From Minisyncoccota bacterium (GTDB lineage Bacteria; Patescibacteriota; Minisyncoccia; UBA6257; JAGOQP01), in contig DAOOCG010000001.1 of assembly GCA_035408245.1 (NCBI GenBank), positions 30,312 through 62,435 on the forward strand: a stretch of 32,124 nt of DNA. The letters are read 5' to 3'. Shown here one piece after another: positions 8,575-16,552 of the stretch. The position numbers were made by a program, and so were the translations under genes. The notes beneath the pieces were generated by a model, which saw only the letters and a program-made list of their open reading frames with translations, had not been told where the DNA came from and did not search any database. Position 1 is the first letter of the stretch. The number at the start of each line of letters is the position of its first letter.

Positions 8575-8835
8575 GGTTAGCTTCTTAAGATATTTGGCGG
8601 CGCGAGATTTTATTCGAGCCGATTTGTTTTTCTTAATAACGCCAGTTTTAGCTACTTTGTCGGCTACGGCATAAACTTTATTGAGAGCTTTTATAGCCTC
8701 ATCCTTCTTTTTTGCATCAATAAGCTTTTTAAATTCTTTCAAAGCCTTTTTGATAATTGTTTTGCGGCCAATATTTTCTTTTCTTCTTTTAATGTTTTGG
8801 CGCAGCGCTTTTTTTGCGGATTTTATTTTTGGCAT
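8563..8835 (-). CDS. rpsT: 30S ribosomal protein S20
   Basis: MPKIKSAKKALRQNIKRRKENIGRKT..., a basic 90-aa protein with the typical S20 N-terminus. Confidence 0.9.
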   Translation of the reverse strand: MPKIKSAKKALRQNIKRRKENIGRKTIIKKALKEFKKLIDAKKKDEAIKALNKVYAVADKVAKTGVIKKNKSARIKSRAAKYLKKLTLRK

Positions 8836-9009
8836 GTGTAAATTAATAAACCAAACCCGTTTTTGCGGATATTGATAATTGGTTAATGTATAGGCGTGAT
8901 ATTATCAAATATTTCAGTATTAGTCAATTTGGACAAGTTTTATCTCTATTATCAAAGCTTTTATAAGGTTCTAAAATAATGTATATTTTGATAGTATTTA
9001 ACCAATATT

Positions 9010-9573
9010 ATGATTTATTCTATTCACGGAATTGTTTCTCTAAAAAATGACCAATGGCTTGTTATTGAGGCCGGAGGGATAGGGTTTAAGATTTTTACAT
9101 CTAACGAATCGTTAAAAGTGATAAAAACGGGACAATCAACAAAAGTTTTTTGTTATTTTCATTCTGATAATTTTGAATTATACGGTTTTTTAAAAAAGAA
9201 CGAACTGGATTTTTTTGATGTTCTTAAAAGCGTTTCAGGTATCGGACCGAAAATGGCTCTTAAACTTATGAATGCGGCCGATATAACTGGTCTAAAATCA
9301 GCCATTGTGCTTGAGGATTTGAAGTATCTTAAAGAAGTCGGTATTGGTCCTAAAACGGCTTCAAAAATAATATTTGAACTTAAAGACAAGATTGCCAGAG
9401 AAGATATTGACCCCCATCTGTCAAAAGGTGGTCGTGATGATGTTATCGATGCCTTAAGAGCTCTCGGATATTCCAGAAGGGATTCAATTGAAGTTGCCAA
9501 AGAAATACCCAAAGATTTAAAGACTCCCCAAGAAAGGATTAAAGCGGCCCTGAAGTTTTTGGCTAAACGGTAA
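9010..9573 (+). CDS. ruvA: Holliday junction branch-migration protein RuvA
   Basis: MIYSIHGIV...LVIEAGGIGFKIF OB-fold start. Helix-hairpin-helix motifs GIGPKMALKL and GIGPKTASKI. C-terminal domain III, LRALGYS. Confidence 0.9.
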   Translation: MIYSIHGIVSLKNDQWLVIEAGGIGFKIFTSNESLKVIKTGQSTKVFCYFHSDNFELYGFLKKNELDFFDVLKSVSGIGPKMALKLMNAADITGLKSAIVLEDLKYLKEVGIGPKTASKIIFELKDKIAREDIDPHLSKGGRDDVIDALRALGYSRRDSIEVAKEIPKDLKTPQERIKAALKFLAKR

Positions 9574-9579
9574 TTATTT

Positions 9580-10878
9580 ATGAAGAAAGATGCTTCTTGG
9601 AATTTGTTAAACGGAATATTTGAAGGATTTAAAAAATTTCCGCTTTTTAAGTGGATTTATAAATTGTCTTGGGCGCCGGGAGTTTATCATTTTTTTCTGG
9701 CTTTGTTAGGGGTCATCATTTATCGTTTCCCGGGAAGAAAAATATTGGTTATCGGAATAACCGGAACTAAAGGCAAAACAACGACGGTTGAATTGTTAAA
9801 ATCAGTATTGCAAAAATCCGGTGATAAGACGGCATCCCTTTCCTCGGCTTATATTAGTATTGGAGATAAAATTGATAAAAATCCGTTTGGAAACAGTATG
9901 CCCGGAAGGTTTTTTGTTCAGTATTTTTTAAGAAAAGCGGTTAATGAGGGCTGTAAATACGCCGTTATTGAAGTCACTTCCCAAGGAGTTGTCCAACATA
10001 GACATAATTTTATTCCTTGGAGCAAAGCTATGTTTTTAAACATTCATCCGGAACACATAGAATCACACGGATCTTTTGAAAAATATCTGGAGGCTAAAGT
10101 TGAGTTTTTTAAATATGCCGCTCATTCAAATAAAAAATCCGTTTTTTTTATGTATTCCAAAGATAAATATGTTGATGTATTTAAAGAGGTGATTGGAAGA
10201 TCTTCCAATATATTATTTTCCGAAGAAGACATTAAAGATTTTGATTTTATCGTACCCCAACCTCTCAAAGGTGATTTTAATAAGATAAATATCGCTGCTG
10301 TTGTGGCAGTTGCAAAGAATCTAAATATTCCAAAAGAAAACATAAAAAAAGGAATTGAGGATTTTATTGGAGTTAAAGGAAGAATGGAGGTCGTTATCAA
10401 AGATCCTTTTTGGGCGGTGGTGGATTATGCTCATACCCCAGAATCTTTGGAGGCGGTATATCATTATTGGAAAAATGAAATTAATCTAAAAAACAAATTA
10501 ATCTGTGTTTTGGGATCGGCGGGGGGGGGAAGAGATAAATGGAAAAGAATTAAGTTTGGGGAGGTTGCCGGGAGCTATTGTGATAAAATTATACTCACAA
10601 ACGAAGATCCTTATGATGAACCGCCCATATCTATAATAGAAGAAATAGAAAAAGGATTATTAAATTCATCTGATAGTAACTGGGTTTTGGAAAAAAATTA
10701 TTGGAAAATTATTAATAGACAAGAAGCCGTTAATAAAGCAGTTGTTTTGGCAAAAAATGGAGACGCGGTTATTTGCACGGGAAAAGGATCGGAAGAGTGG
10801 ATTCATTTGGAAAATGGGAAAAAAACACCCTGGTCAGAAAGAGAATCATTACTTAAAGCTCTATCTTTTAAAAAATAA
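9580..10878 (+). CDS. Mur ligase family protein, MurE-like, with a short hydrophobic N-terminus in place of the usual N-terminal domain
   Basis: P-loop IGITGTKGKTTT at about residue 60. DYAHTPESLEAV, GSAGGGRDKWKR and TNEDPYDEP resemble MurE DYAHTPDALE / GCGGDRDxxKR / DNPRxEDP. Confidence 0.7.
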   Translation: MKKDASWNLLNGIFEGFKKFPLFKWIYKLSWAPGVYHFFLALLGVIIYRFPGRKILVIGITGTKGKTTTVELLKSVLQKSGDKTASLSSAYISIGDKIDKNPFGNSMPGRFFVQYFLRKAVNEGCKYAVIEVTSQGVVQHRHNFIPWSKAMFLNIHPEHIESHGSFEKYLEAKVEFFKYAAHSNKKSVFFMYSKDKYVDVFKEVIGRSSNILFSEEDIKDFDFIVPQPLKGDFNKINIAAVVAVAKNLNIPKENIKKGIEDFIGVKGRMEVVIKDPFWAVVDYAHTPESLEAVYHYWKNEINLKNKLICVLGSAGGGRDKWKRIKFGEVAGSYCDKIILTNEDPYDEPPISIIEEIEKGLLNSSDSNWVLEKNYWKIINRQEAVNKAVVLAKNGDAVICTGKGSEEWIHLENGKKTPWSERESLLKALSFKK

Positions 10879-10879
10879 A

Positions 10880-10897
10880 AGACCGATTAATCGGTCT
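10880..10897. terminator. Palindromic hairpin between convergent genes (bidirectional terminator candidate)
   Basis: AGACCGAT TA ATCGGTCT perfect palindrome flanked by A-runs on the plus strand. This gives a T-run downstream for the minus-strand gene. Confidence 0.6.
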
Positions 10898-10901
10898 AAA
10901 A

Positions 10902-11213
10902 TTACTCAGTGATTTTTTTCCAACCTTGGTCTAATACGGCCTGAGCTGAGTCGTACGCTTCTAAGGCGGTTGCCCAAAGACTGGAAAAAATCTTGGGAGA
11001 TCTACTTCCGGCAATTTTGGAGATTTTCCTTCTTATCTTTTCATCATCTCTGGCAATTATGACCTTCGGTTTTTCAGATCTATCATCCATATAAACACTC
11101 AAAGGAACTAACAAAACAGATGTGTTTCCATTTTCGTCTACTAATGGAAGAGCAATTGTAATCCAAAACACATGAATCTTTGCGTTGTGTCTTGAGTCAA
11201 ACTTCTTGGTCAT
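10902..11213 (-). CDS. Hypothetical 103-aa protein (orphan, SD-led)
   Basis: Intact ORF with AAGGAGG 5 nt upstream of the ATG, a near-consensus promoter and a downstream hairpin. No recognisable motifs. Confidence 0.65.
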   Translation of the reverse strand: MTKKFDSRHNAKIHVFWITIALPLVDENGNTSVLLVPLSVYMDDRSEKPKVIIARDDEKIRRKISKIAGSRSPKIFSSLWATALEAYDSAQAVLDQGWKKITE

Positions 11214-11236
11214 TTAAACCTCCTTGTGCTTGTTAT

Positions 11237-11265
11237 GTTATAGAATAATAATATTTATCTGTCAA
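11237..11265 (-). promoter_or_regulatory. Sigma70-like promoter of the 103-aa orphan gene
   Basis: Minus strand reads TTGACA-17 nt-TATAAC, then 11 nt to AAGGAGGTTT. Confidence 0.55.
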
Positions 11266-11316
11266 TTTTGATCGGGTATTTTTTCGGCTGATTTAATAAG
11301 GTATACTGTATACATT

Positions 11317-12669
11317 ATGAAGTTAACATTTGTCGGTGGAGCCGAGAGGGTAACGGGGTCCTGTTATCTCTTGGAAACAAAAACAACAAAATTAATCATT
11401 GATTGTGGACTTAACCAAGGAGATCGATTTTTGGAAGAAGCAAACTTTGAAGATTTTGCATTTAATGTGAAGGAGATTGATGCTCTTCTAATCACTCATT
11501 CTCACATTGATCATATCGGTAGAATTCCCAAATTGGTCAAAGCCGGTTATAGGGGTCCTATTTATTCAACTGCTCCAACAAAAGATGCGGCTTATGAATT
11601 GTTGCTTGATGCCCACCATCTTATGGAAAAAGAAGCTCAAGAGGGTCAGCCGTTGATATACGATGTGGCTGATATAGATGACGCGATGGCTTTGTGGAAA
11701 GCAACTCAGTATCATCAAACATTTTCAATCAAAGAATGTGAAATAGAATTTTATAATTCCGGACACATACTTGGTTCAGCTTCTATTAAAATAACAGCTG
11801 AGGGGAAAACAATCGTTTTTTCCGGTGATCTTGGAAATATTCCGGCACCCTTAGTTAAAGACACTGAATATTTGGATAAAGCCGATTACGCTTTAATTGA
11901 ATCGGCTTATGGGGACAGAGTTCATGAATCAGTTTTGGAACGCAAAGGAATATTGGAGGATCTGATAGAAGATACTTTCAAATCCGGAGGAGTTCTTCTT
12001 ATCCCGGCATTTGCGATGGAACGCACCCAAGAACTTTTGTATGAACTCAATGATTTGGTTGAAAATAAAAGAATTCCCAAAGTTCCAATATTTATTGACA
12101 GCCCTTTGGCTATAAAACTTACATCGGTTTATCAAAAATATTCACACGATAAAGATTTTTTTGATACTGAAGCGATTATAATGATGAAAAAAGGCGGCAG
12201 TATTTTTGATTTTCCGGGATTACGCTTTACCTTAACCAAAGAAGAATCCAAAGAAATTAACCAAGTTCTTCCGCCTAAAGTAATTATTGCCGGATCGGGT
12301 ATGTCTAATGGAGGAAGAATTTTACACCATGAAGTGCGTTATCTTTCAGATCCCAACAGCATGATTCTTTTTGTAGGATTTCAAACGGAGGGATCGTTGG
12401 GGAGGAGAATTATAGAAGGAGCTAAAGAAGTAAATGTTTTGGGTCAAAGAGTATCTGTTCGCTGTCATGTTAAAGCGATTGGTGGTTACAGCGCTCATGC
12501 GGACCAACCTTTGCTTTTAAAATGGGTTAGTTCAATACGCAATACATTAAAGAAAGTTTTTGTTGTTCAAGGTGAAGTGGATCAATCCGAGCCATTAGCC
12601 AAAAAAATCCAAGACGAATTCGCTATTGAGGCTTTGGTTCCAAAAAAAGGACAAAACTTTGAGTTGTGA
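11317..12669 (+). CDS. Metallo-beta-lactamase / beta-CASP family RNA-metabolising hydrolase (CPSF-like)
   Basis: HSHIDHIG motif, GDLG, ESAYG, and C-terminal GGYSAHADQ typical of beta-CASP nucleases. 450 aa. Confidence 0.8.
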   Translation: MKLTFVGGAERVTGSCYLLETKTTKLIIDCGLNQGDRFLEEANFEDFAFNVKEIDALLITHSHIDHIGRIPKLVKAGYRGPIYSTAPTKDAAYELLLDAHHLMEKEAQEGQPLIYDVADIDDAMALWKATQYHQTFSIKECEIEFYNSGHILGSASIKITAEGKTIVFSGDLGNIPAPLVKDTEYLDKADYALIESAYGDRVHESVLERKGILEDLIEDTFKSGGVLLIPAFAMERTQELLYELNDLVENKRIPKVPIFIDSPLAIKLTSVYQKYSHDKDFFDTEAIIMMKKGGSIFDFPGLRFTLTKEESKEINQVLPPKVIIAGSGMSNGGRILHHEVRYLSDPNSMILFVGFQTEGSLGRRIIEGAKEVNVLGQRVSVRCHVKAIGGYSAHADQPLLLKWVSSIRNTLKKVFVVQGEVDQSEPLAKKIQDEFAIEALVPKKGQNFEL

Positions 12670-12742
12670 GATTGAATCTTTTAGAATTAATTTGCTCAAA
12701 ATAAGCTAATCGGATAATATAATAGTTATCTAAAAAAATATT

Positions 12743-13375
12743 ATGGATAATAAATGTCTTACAAATGAATCTACTCCAAAATACAGAATATGTATTTCCG
12801 GAGCGGCCGAAACATCTCATTGCGGAGAAGAATCTTTTCCTCACGCCGTCCAATTAGGAAGAGAAATTATCAAACAAGGGGGTATTTTGGTTAGCGGAGC
12901 GACTACGGGCTTTCCTTTTTGGGTTGCCAAAGGAGCTAAAGAGGAAGGGGGAATAGTTATCGGTTTTTCTCCCGCCACCAGTGAAAAAGAACACGTTAAA
13001 GTCTACAAACTTCCGTTGGAGTATCATGATCTTATTATGTATACCGGATCGGGATATTCTGGAAGAAATCTGCAATTAACTCGGTCTTCCGACGCGGTTA
13101 TTGTTGGATGCGGTCGTTTGGGAACACTTAACGAATTTACGATAGCTTTTGAAGATAAAAAACCCATCGGAATATTGGAGGGTCCTTGGGAAACAGACGA
13201 TTTGATTAAAGATATAATTGCCAGAGGACACAGGGGGAAAGGGAAAATAGTTTATTCATCGGATCCCAAAGAATTGGTTGCCAAAGTCATAGAGTTGATA
13301 AACAAAGAAAAAAAAGACGAAAATAATTCCACTGTAGAAGATGTTGAAAAAGAAACTCATCTGGGCGGTGATTAA
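12743..13375 (+). CDS. TIGR00725-like / LOG-DprA superfamily Rossmann-fold protein
   Basis: ICISGAA...GGILVSGATTG...SDAVIVGCGRLGTLNEFTIA pattern, typical of LOG/TIGR00725 family proteins. Confidence 0.55.
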   Translation: MDNKCLTNESTPKYRICISGAAETSHCGEESFPHAVQLGREIIKQGGILVSGATTGFPFWVAKGAKEEGGIVIGFSPATSEKEHVKVYKLPLEYHDLIMYTGSGYSGRNLQLTRSSDAVIVGCGRLGTLNEFTIAFEDKKPIGILEGPWETDDLIKDIIARGHRGKGKIVYSSDPKELVAKVIELINKEKKDENNSTVEDVEKETHLGGD

Positions 13376-13392
13376 TTAAATTGCTGAATTTT

Positions 13393-13419
13393 AAAAACGG
13401 CTTCAATGGGCCGTTTTTT
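13393..13419 (+). terminator. Rho-independent terminator
   Basis: AAAAACGGC-ttcaatgg-GCCGTTTTT followed by a T-run, 18 nt after the stop of the preceding gene. Confidence 0.7.
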
Positions 13420-13455
13420 AGACTAAAAATCAAATAAGTAAAAATTCATTCAATC

Positions 13456-13464
13456 TGTTATAAT
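13456..13464 (+). promoter_or_regulatory. Extended -10 promoter element (TGTTATAAT)
   Basis: TGnTATAAT match about 30 nt upstream of the ATG at 13495, just downstream of the terminator. Confidence 0.45.
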
Positions 13465-13494
13465 GATTAAAAGGTCAATAAATATTTTTTTAAT

Positions 13495-13752
13495 ATGGAT
13501 AAAAAACCAAGCCAAGTGGGAGAAGTAACTCATATTTATAAAAAAATAGGAGTTGCCATCATTAAGTTTTCAAAATCTGTTAAATCCGGTATGACTATTC
13601 GCATTGAAGGCCACAAAGGAAGTCATGAACAAATCATTGATTCAATGCAAATTGATCACGAAAAAGTTAAAGAAGTGAAAAAAGGAGATGTAGCCGGAGT
13701 AAAAGTGGATGAAAATGTTTGTAAAGGAGACAAAGTTTATTTAGTTGAGTAA
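13495..13752 (+). CDS. Small EF-Tu domain II-like beta-barrel protein (translation elongation factor-like mini-protein)
   Basis: 85 aa. GVAIIKF...GMTIRIEG...GDVAGVKV...GDKVYLV resembles the domain II barrel of translational GTPases, with no G domain. Confidence 0.45.
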   Translation: MDKKPSQVGEVTHIYKKIGVAIIKFSKSVKSGMTIRIEGHKGSHEQIIDSMQIDHEKVKEVKKGDVAGVKVDENVCKGDKVYLVE

Positions 13753-13756
13753 TCCA

Positions 13757-14908
13757 ATGATGAAAATATTCAGAGAATTTATTTTGCCGACATCTTTTTT
13801 GTCCGGCACGATTATTGGTGCGGGTATTTTTTCACTGCCGTATTTTTTTATTAAAGCGGGGGTAGGGTTGGGATTTGCGGCTCTTGGAGTTTGGACTCTG
13901 GTTTTTATAATTATTCATCTAATGTATGGTGATCTTGTTTTAAGACACGGAGATGGTCATAGATTTGCCGGATATGCCAGAATATATTTTGGGAGGTTGG
14001 GATATTGGATTTCAATAATTATGACAGTGGTGGAAATGTTTTTTGTTCTTACTATTTATTTATTACTTTCTTCCAGTTTTGTTTCGTTATTGATGCCATC
14101 GTCATCTGTGATAGCTCAAGTTATCGTCTTTTGGGGGGTGGGAACGTTGATAATATTTTCCGGAACAAAAAGAGTAGCTCTTTTTGAATTTATTGCCATT
14201 GCCGGAATATTGGCGGCTATTGTTTTGATCGCTTGGTTTGGATTGCCCGGATTTTTCCAAAAAACTTTTGAATTCGCATCTTCTCAGCCGGTATCTTGGT
14301 TAGTGGTTTTTGGGCCCTTGATATTTGCTCTTAATGGCAGACCGGCTATTCCTTCAGTAATGCATTATTTTAAACGAATTGGAAAAGAGGAAAAAAAATC
14401 AAAATCTTCCATAATCTGGGGCACTGTTGTTTCCGCGTTTGTTTATGCTGTTTTTGTTGTTGGCGTTCTTGGAGCGACAAAAACAGTTACCCCAGATTCG
14501 GTATCGGGTTTGATTGGTATCTTTCCGACCTGGACGATACTTTCGGTTTTTGGAGTTTTAGGAATCCTGTCTTTATTAAGTTCTTATTTTTCAATAGGCT
14601 TGGATGTAAAACATTCTCTTCAGCTTGATATTAACTTCCCTAATTATATTGCCTCAATTTTAGTTGTGTTGATACCGATACTTATTTATTTAATAAATCC
14701 CGGAAGTTTTATTTCTTTGATTGAGATTGCCGGAGGATTTTTTATTGGGCTTGAAGGAATAATGATTTTAATGATGTGGAGAAAAGCAAAAAAAATTGCC
14801 CCAACTGTTTTTGTAAAAAAAATAAACCCGATTTTTTACTGGGGGATGATGGCAGCATTTGTTTTGAGTATGGGATATGTTTTGGCGGAAAATTTCCTTT
14901 TCATTTAA
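13757..14908 (+). CDS. Amino acid permease-like polytopic membrane transporter (about 11 TM)
   Basis: The track ORF starts at TTG 13745, overlapping the previous gene. ATG 13757 lies 4 nt after that gene's stop. GAGIFSLPYFFIKAGVGLG resembles aromatic/hydroxy amino acid permease N-termini. Confidence 0.6.
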   Translation: MMKIFREFILPTSFLSGTIIGAGIFSLPYFFIKAGVGLGFAALGVWTLVFIIIHLMYGDLVLRHGDGHRFAGYARIYFGRLGYWISIIMTVVEMFFVLTIYLLLSSSFVSLLMPSSSVIAQVIVFWGVGTLIIFSGTKRVALFEFIAIAGILAAIVLIAWFGLPGFFQKTFEFASSQPVSWLVVFGPLIFALNGRPAIPSVMHYFKRIGKEEKKSKSSIIWGTVVSAFVYAVFVVGVLGATKTVTPDSVSGLIGIFPTWTILSVFGVLGILSLLSSYFSIGLDVKHSLQLDINFPNYIASILVVLIPILIYLINPGSFISLIEIAGGFFIGLEGIMILMMWRKAKKIAPTVFVKKINPIFYWGMMAAFVLSMGYVLAENFLFI

Positions 14909-14925
14909 TTTTTTGAATAAAAAAT

Positions 14926-14940
14926 CCGCCACTGAGGCGG
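14926..14940. terminator. Short GC hairpin between convergent genes
   Basis: CCGCC-actga-GGCGG. The T-run is present on the minus strand only (attttttatt), so it mainly serves the 131-aa gene. Confidence 0.5.
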
Positions 14941-14956
14941 TTATGAAATAATAGGT

Positions 14957-15352
14957 TCAATCCTGAATTCCCATCATATGCTTCTTGACCAAGCTGACCC
15001 ATCTTGGGTCGGTGAATGGAATGATTTCTTTAATTGACCACAAATAATGTTCATCAACTGAAATTTCATATGCTGGTTCACTGAATTGATTCTTGATTTT
15101 CAGTGTATCTCCGTCCCGGTATTTTCGCCAGATCATTCTAATATCTTCATTTCTCGTAATAATAATCGTGCCGGCATCACCAAGCTTAAATAGATCCGAT
15201 TCAATCTTTTGAATATGAACCCGATCCTCTGGGGTCAATGATGCTCCCCACTTTTTATCAGATTGATTGAAAAAGAAGCCGATAACCAAACACAACAAGA
15301 CAATTCCCACAAGAAATCCAAGACAACCTGGGATACCTCTGTTCTCTTCCAT
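14957..15352 (-). CDS. Hypothetical 131-aa N-terminally membrane-anchored protein (orphan, SD-led)
   Basis: TM segment CLGFLVGIVLLCLVIGFFF. AAGGAGG 6 nt upstream of the ATG. Consensus promoter upstream, hairpin downstream. Confidence 0.65.
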   Translation of the reverse strand: MEENRGIPGCLGFLVGIVLLCLVIGFFFNQSDKKWGASLTPEDRVHIQKIESDLFKLGDAGTIIITRNEDIRMIWRKYRDGDTLKIKNQFSEPAYEISVDEHYLWSIKEIIPFTDPRWVSLVKKHMMGIQD

Positions 15353-15378
15353 CTCAAACCTCCTTAGGTTCTGTTTTT

Positions 15379-15407
15379 ATTCTAATACAAAATAGATTAT
15401 CTGTCAA
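15379..15407 (-). promoter_or_regulatory. Near-consensus sigma70-like promoter of the 131-aa orphan gene
   Basis: Minus strand reads TTGACA-17 nt-TAGAAT, then 13 nt to AAGGAGGTTT. Confidence 0.6.
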
Positions 15408-15419
15408 ACAAACAAAAAA

Positions 15420-15451
15420 GTAAGCTATCCGACGATCGTCGGATAGCTTAC
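15420..15451 (-). terminator. Rho-independent terminator of trpS (32-nt perfect palindrome)
   Basis: GTAAGCTATCCGAC-GATC-GTCGGATAGCTTAC, a 14-bp stem. It is followed on the minus strand by CTTTTTTG. Confidence 0.8.
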
Positions 15452-15525
15452 TTTCCAAGATTGGTTGTTTAAATATTAATAACTGTTTATTAATAATTGG
15501 TTGCTGATAATCTTTGATAATTTGA

Positions 15526-16500
15526 TTATTTGAGGCCAACTTTTTTATAAACCTCATCAATTTTCTTGGAAGCTATTTTTTTAGCGGAGATGGCTCCTTT
15601 TTCCAATATATTCAAAACTTTGTCGTCGCTTAATTTATCAAGTTTCTTTTGAAATTCGGATAAGAAATTAATAATTGCTTGGGATGTTTTTGTTTTTAAC
15701 GTTCCATAATTCTTTCCCTTAAATGATTTTTCCAGAGTTTTTATTTCAGTATTTGTCATTAAAGAAAGAATAGTAAGCAAATTAGAGACCCCGGGTTTTT
15801 TAATTGGGTCATATTCAATTTCACTGCCAGAATCAGTAACAGCTCTTTTTATTTTTTCTTCTACAACATCGGGGGTGTCGGTTAGGGCAATAAAGTTGTA
15901 AACGCTTGAAGCGCTTTTGGACATTTTTTTAGTCGGATCATCCAACCCCATTATTCGGGCGCCAATTTTTCCGATCACGGATTTAGGTTCTTTAAAGGTG
16001 TTTCCGTAAACAGAGTTAAAGCGTCTAGCTAATTCTCGAGTCAATTCAAGATGCTGGATTTGATCTTCCCCAACGGGAACTTCATCTGTGTCATAAAGAA
16101 GCACGTCTGAAGCCATTAAAACGGGATAATTTAAAAGACCGGCGGCAGTGCTTTTGTTTTGGGATGTTTTGTCTTTATATTGAGTCATTAATTCTAACTC
16201 GCTAACTTTGGTGATTGTGTTTAGAATCCAAAAAAGTTCCAAGTGTTCCGGTAAATCAGATTGAACAAAAAGAGTTGATTTTTTTGGATCAATTCCAAGA
16301 GCCAATAAAATCTTAGCGGTGTCTAAAATTTGTTTTCTGAATTTGGTTGGTTCTTGAAACACTGTCATCGCATGAAGATCAACGACGGAAAATATGCATT
16401 CATATTCATTTTGCATATTTACCCATTGCTTGATTGTTCCCAAATAGTTTCCTAAATGGATAACGCCAGATGGTTGAATTCCGGAAAATATTTTTTTCAT
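15526..16500 (-). CDS. trpS: Tryptophan--tRNA ligase
   Basis: Class I signatures: GIQPSGVIHLGNYLG (HIGH region) and KMSKS. 324 aa, typical TrpS size. Confidence 0.9.
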   Translation of the reverse strand: MKKIFSGIQPSGVIHLGNYLGTIKQWVNMQNEYECIFSVVDLHAMTVFQEPTKFRKQILDTAKILLALGIDPKKSTLFVQSDLPEHLELFWILNTITKVSELELMTQYKDKTSQNKSTAAGLLNYPVLMASDVLLYDTDEVPVGEDQIQHLELTRELARRFNSVYGNTFKEPKSVIGKIGARIMGLDDPTKKMSKSASSVYNFIALTDTPDVVEEKIKRAVTDSGSEIEYDPIKKPGVSNLLTILSLMTNTEIKTLEKSFKGKNYGTLKTKTSQAIINFLSEFQKKLDKLSDDKVLNILEKGAISAKKIASKKIDEVYKKVGLK

Positions 16501-16552
16501 AATATTTGAATCGGGAAAGAAATTACTATTCGCTAATTATTTATCTCTAATT

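Noticed and set aside
8872-8908. 8-bp inverted repeat TTGATAAT ... ATTATCAA (21-nt spacer) between rpsT and ruvA
   Set aside because: It is short and entirely A/T-rich in an AT-rich intergenic region, so chance occurrence is likely. No second copy was seen elsewhere.
15420-15451. 32-nt perfect palindrome with central GATC, considered as a possible operator, restriction-related or recombination site
   Set aside because: Its position directly after the trpS stop, with a T-run on the transcribed strand, is fully explained by an intrinsic terminator.
15354-15560. 68-aa minus-strand ORF between trpS and the 131-aa gene
   Set aside because: It overlaps the trpS 3' end and runs straight through the trpS terminator palindrome and the promoter of the downstream gene. 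It has no start context and an implausible composition.
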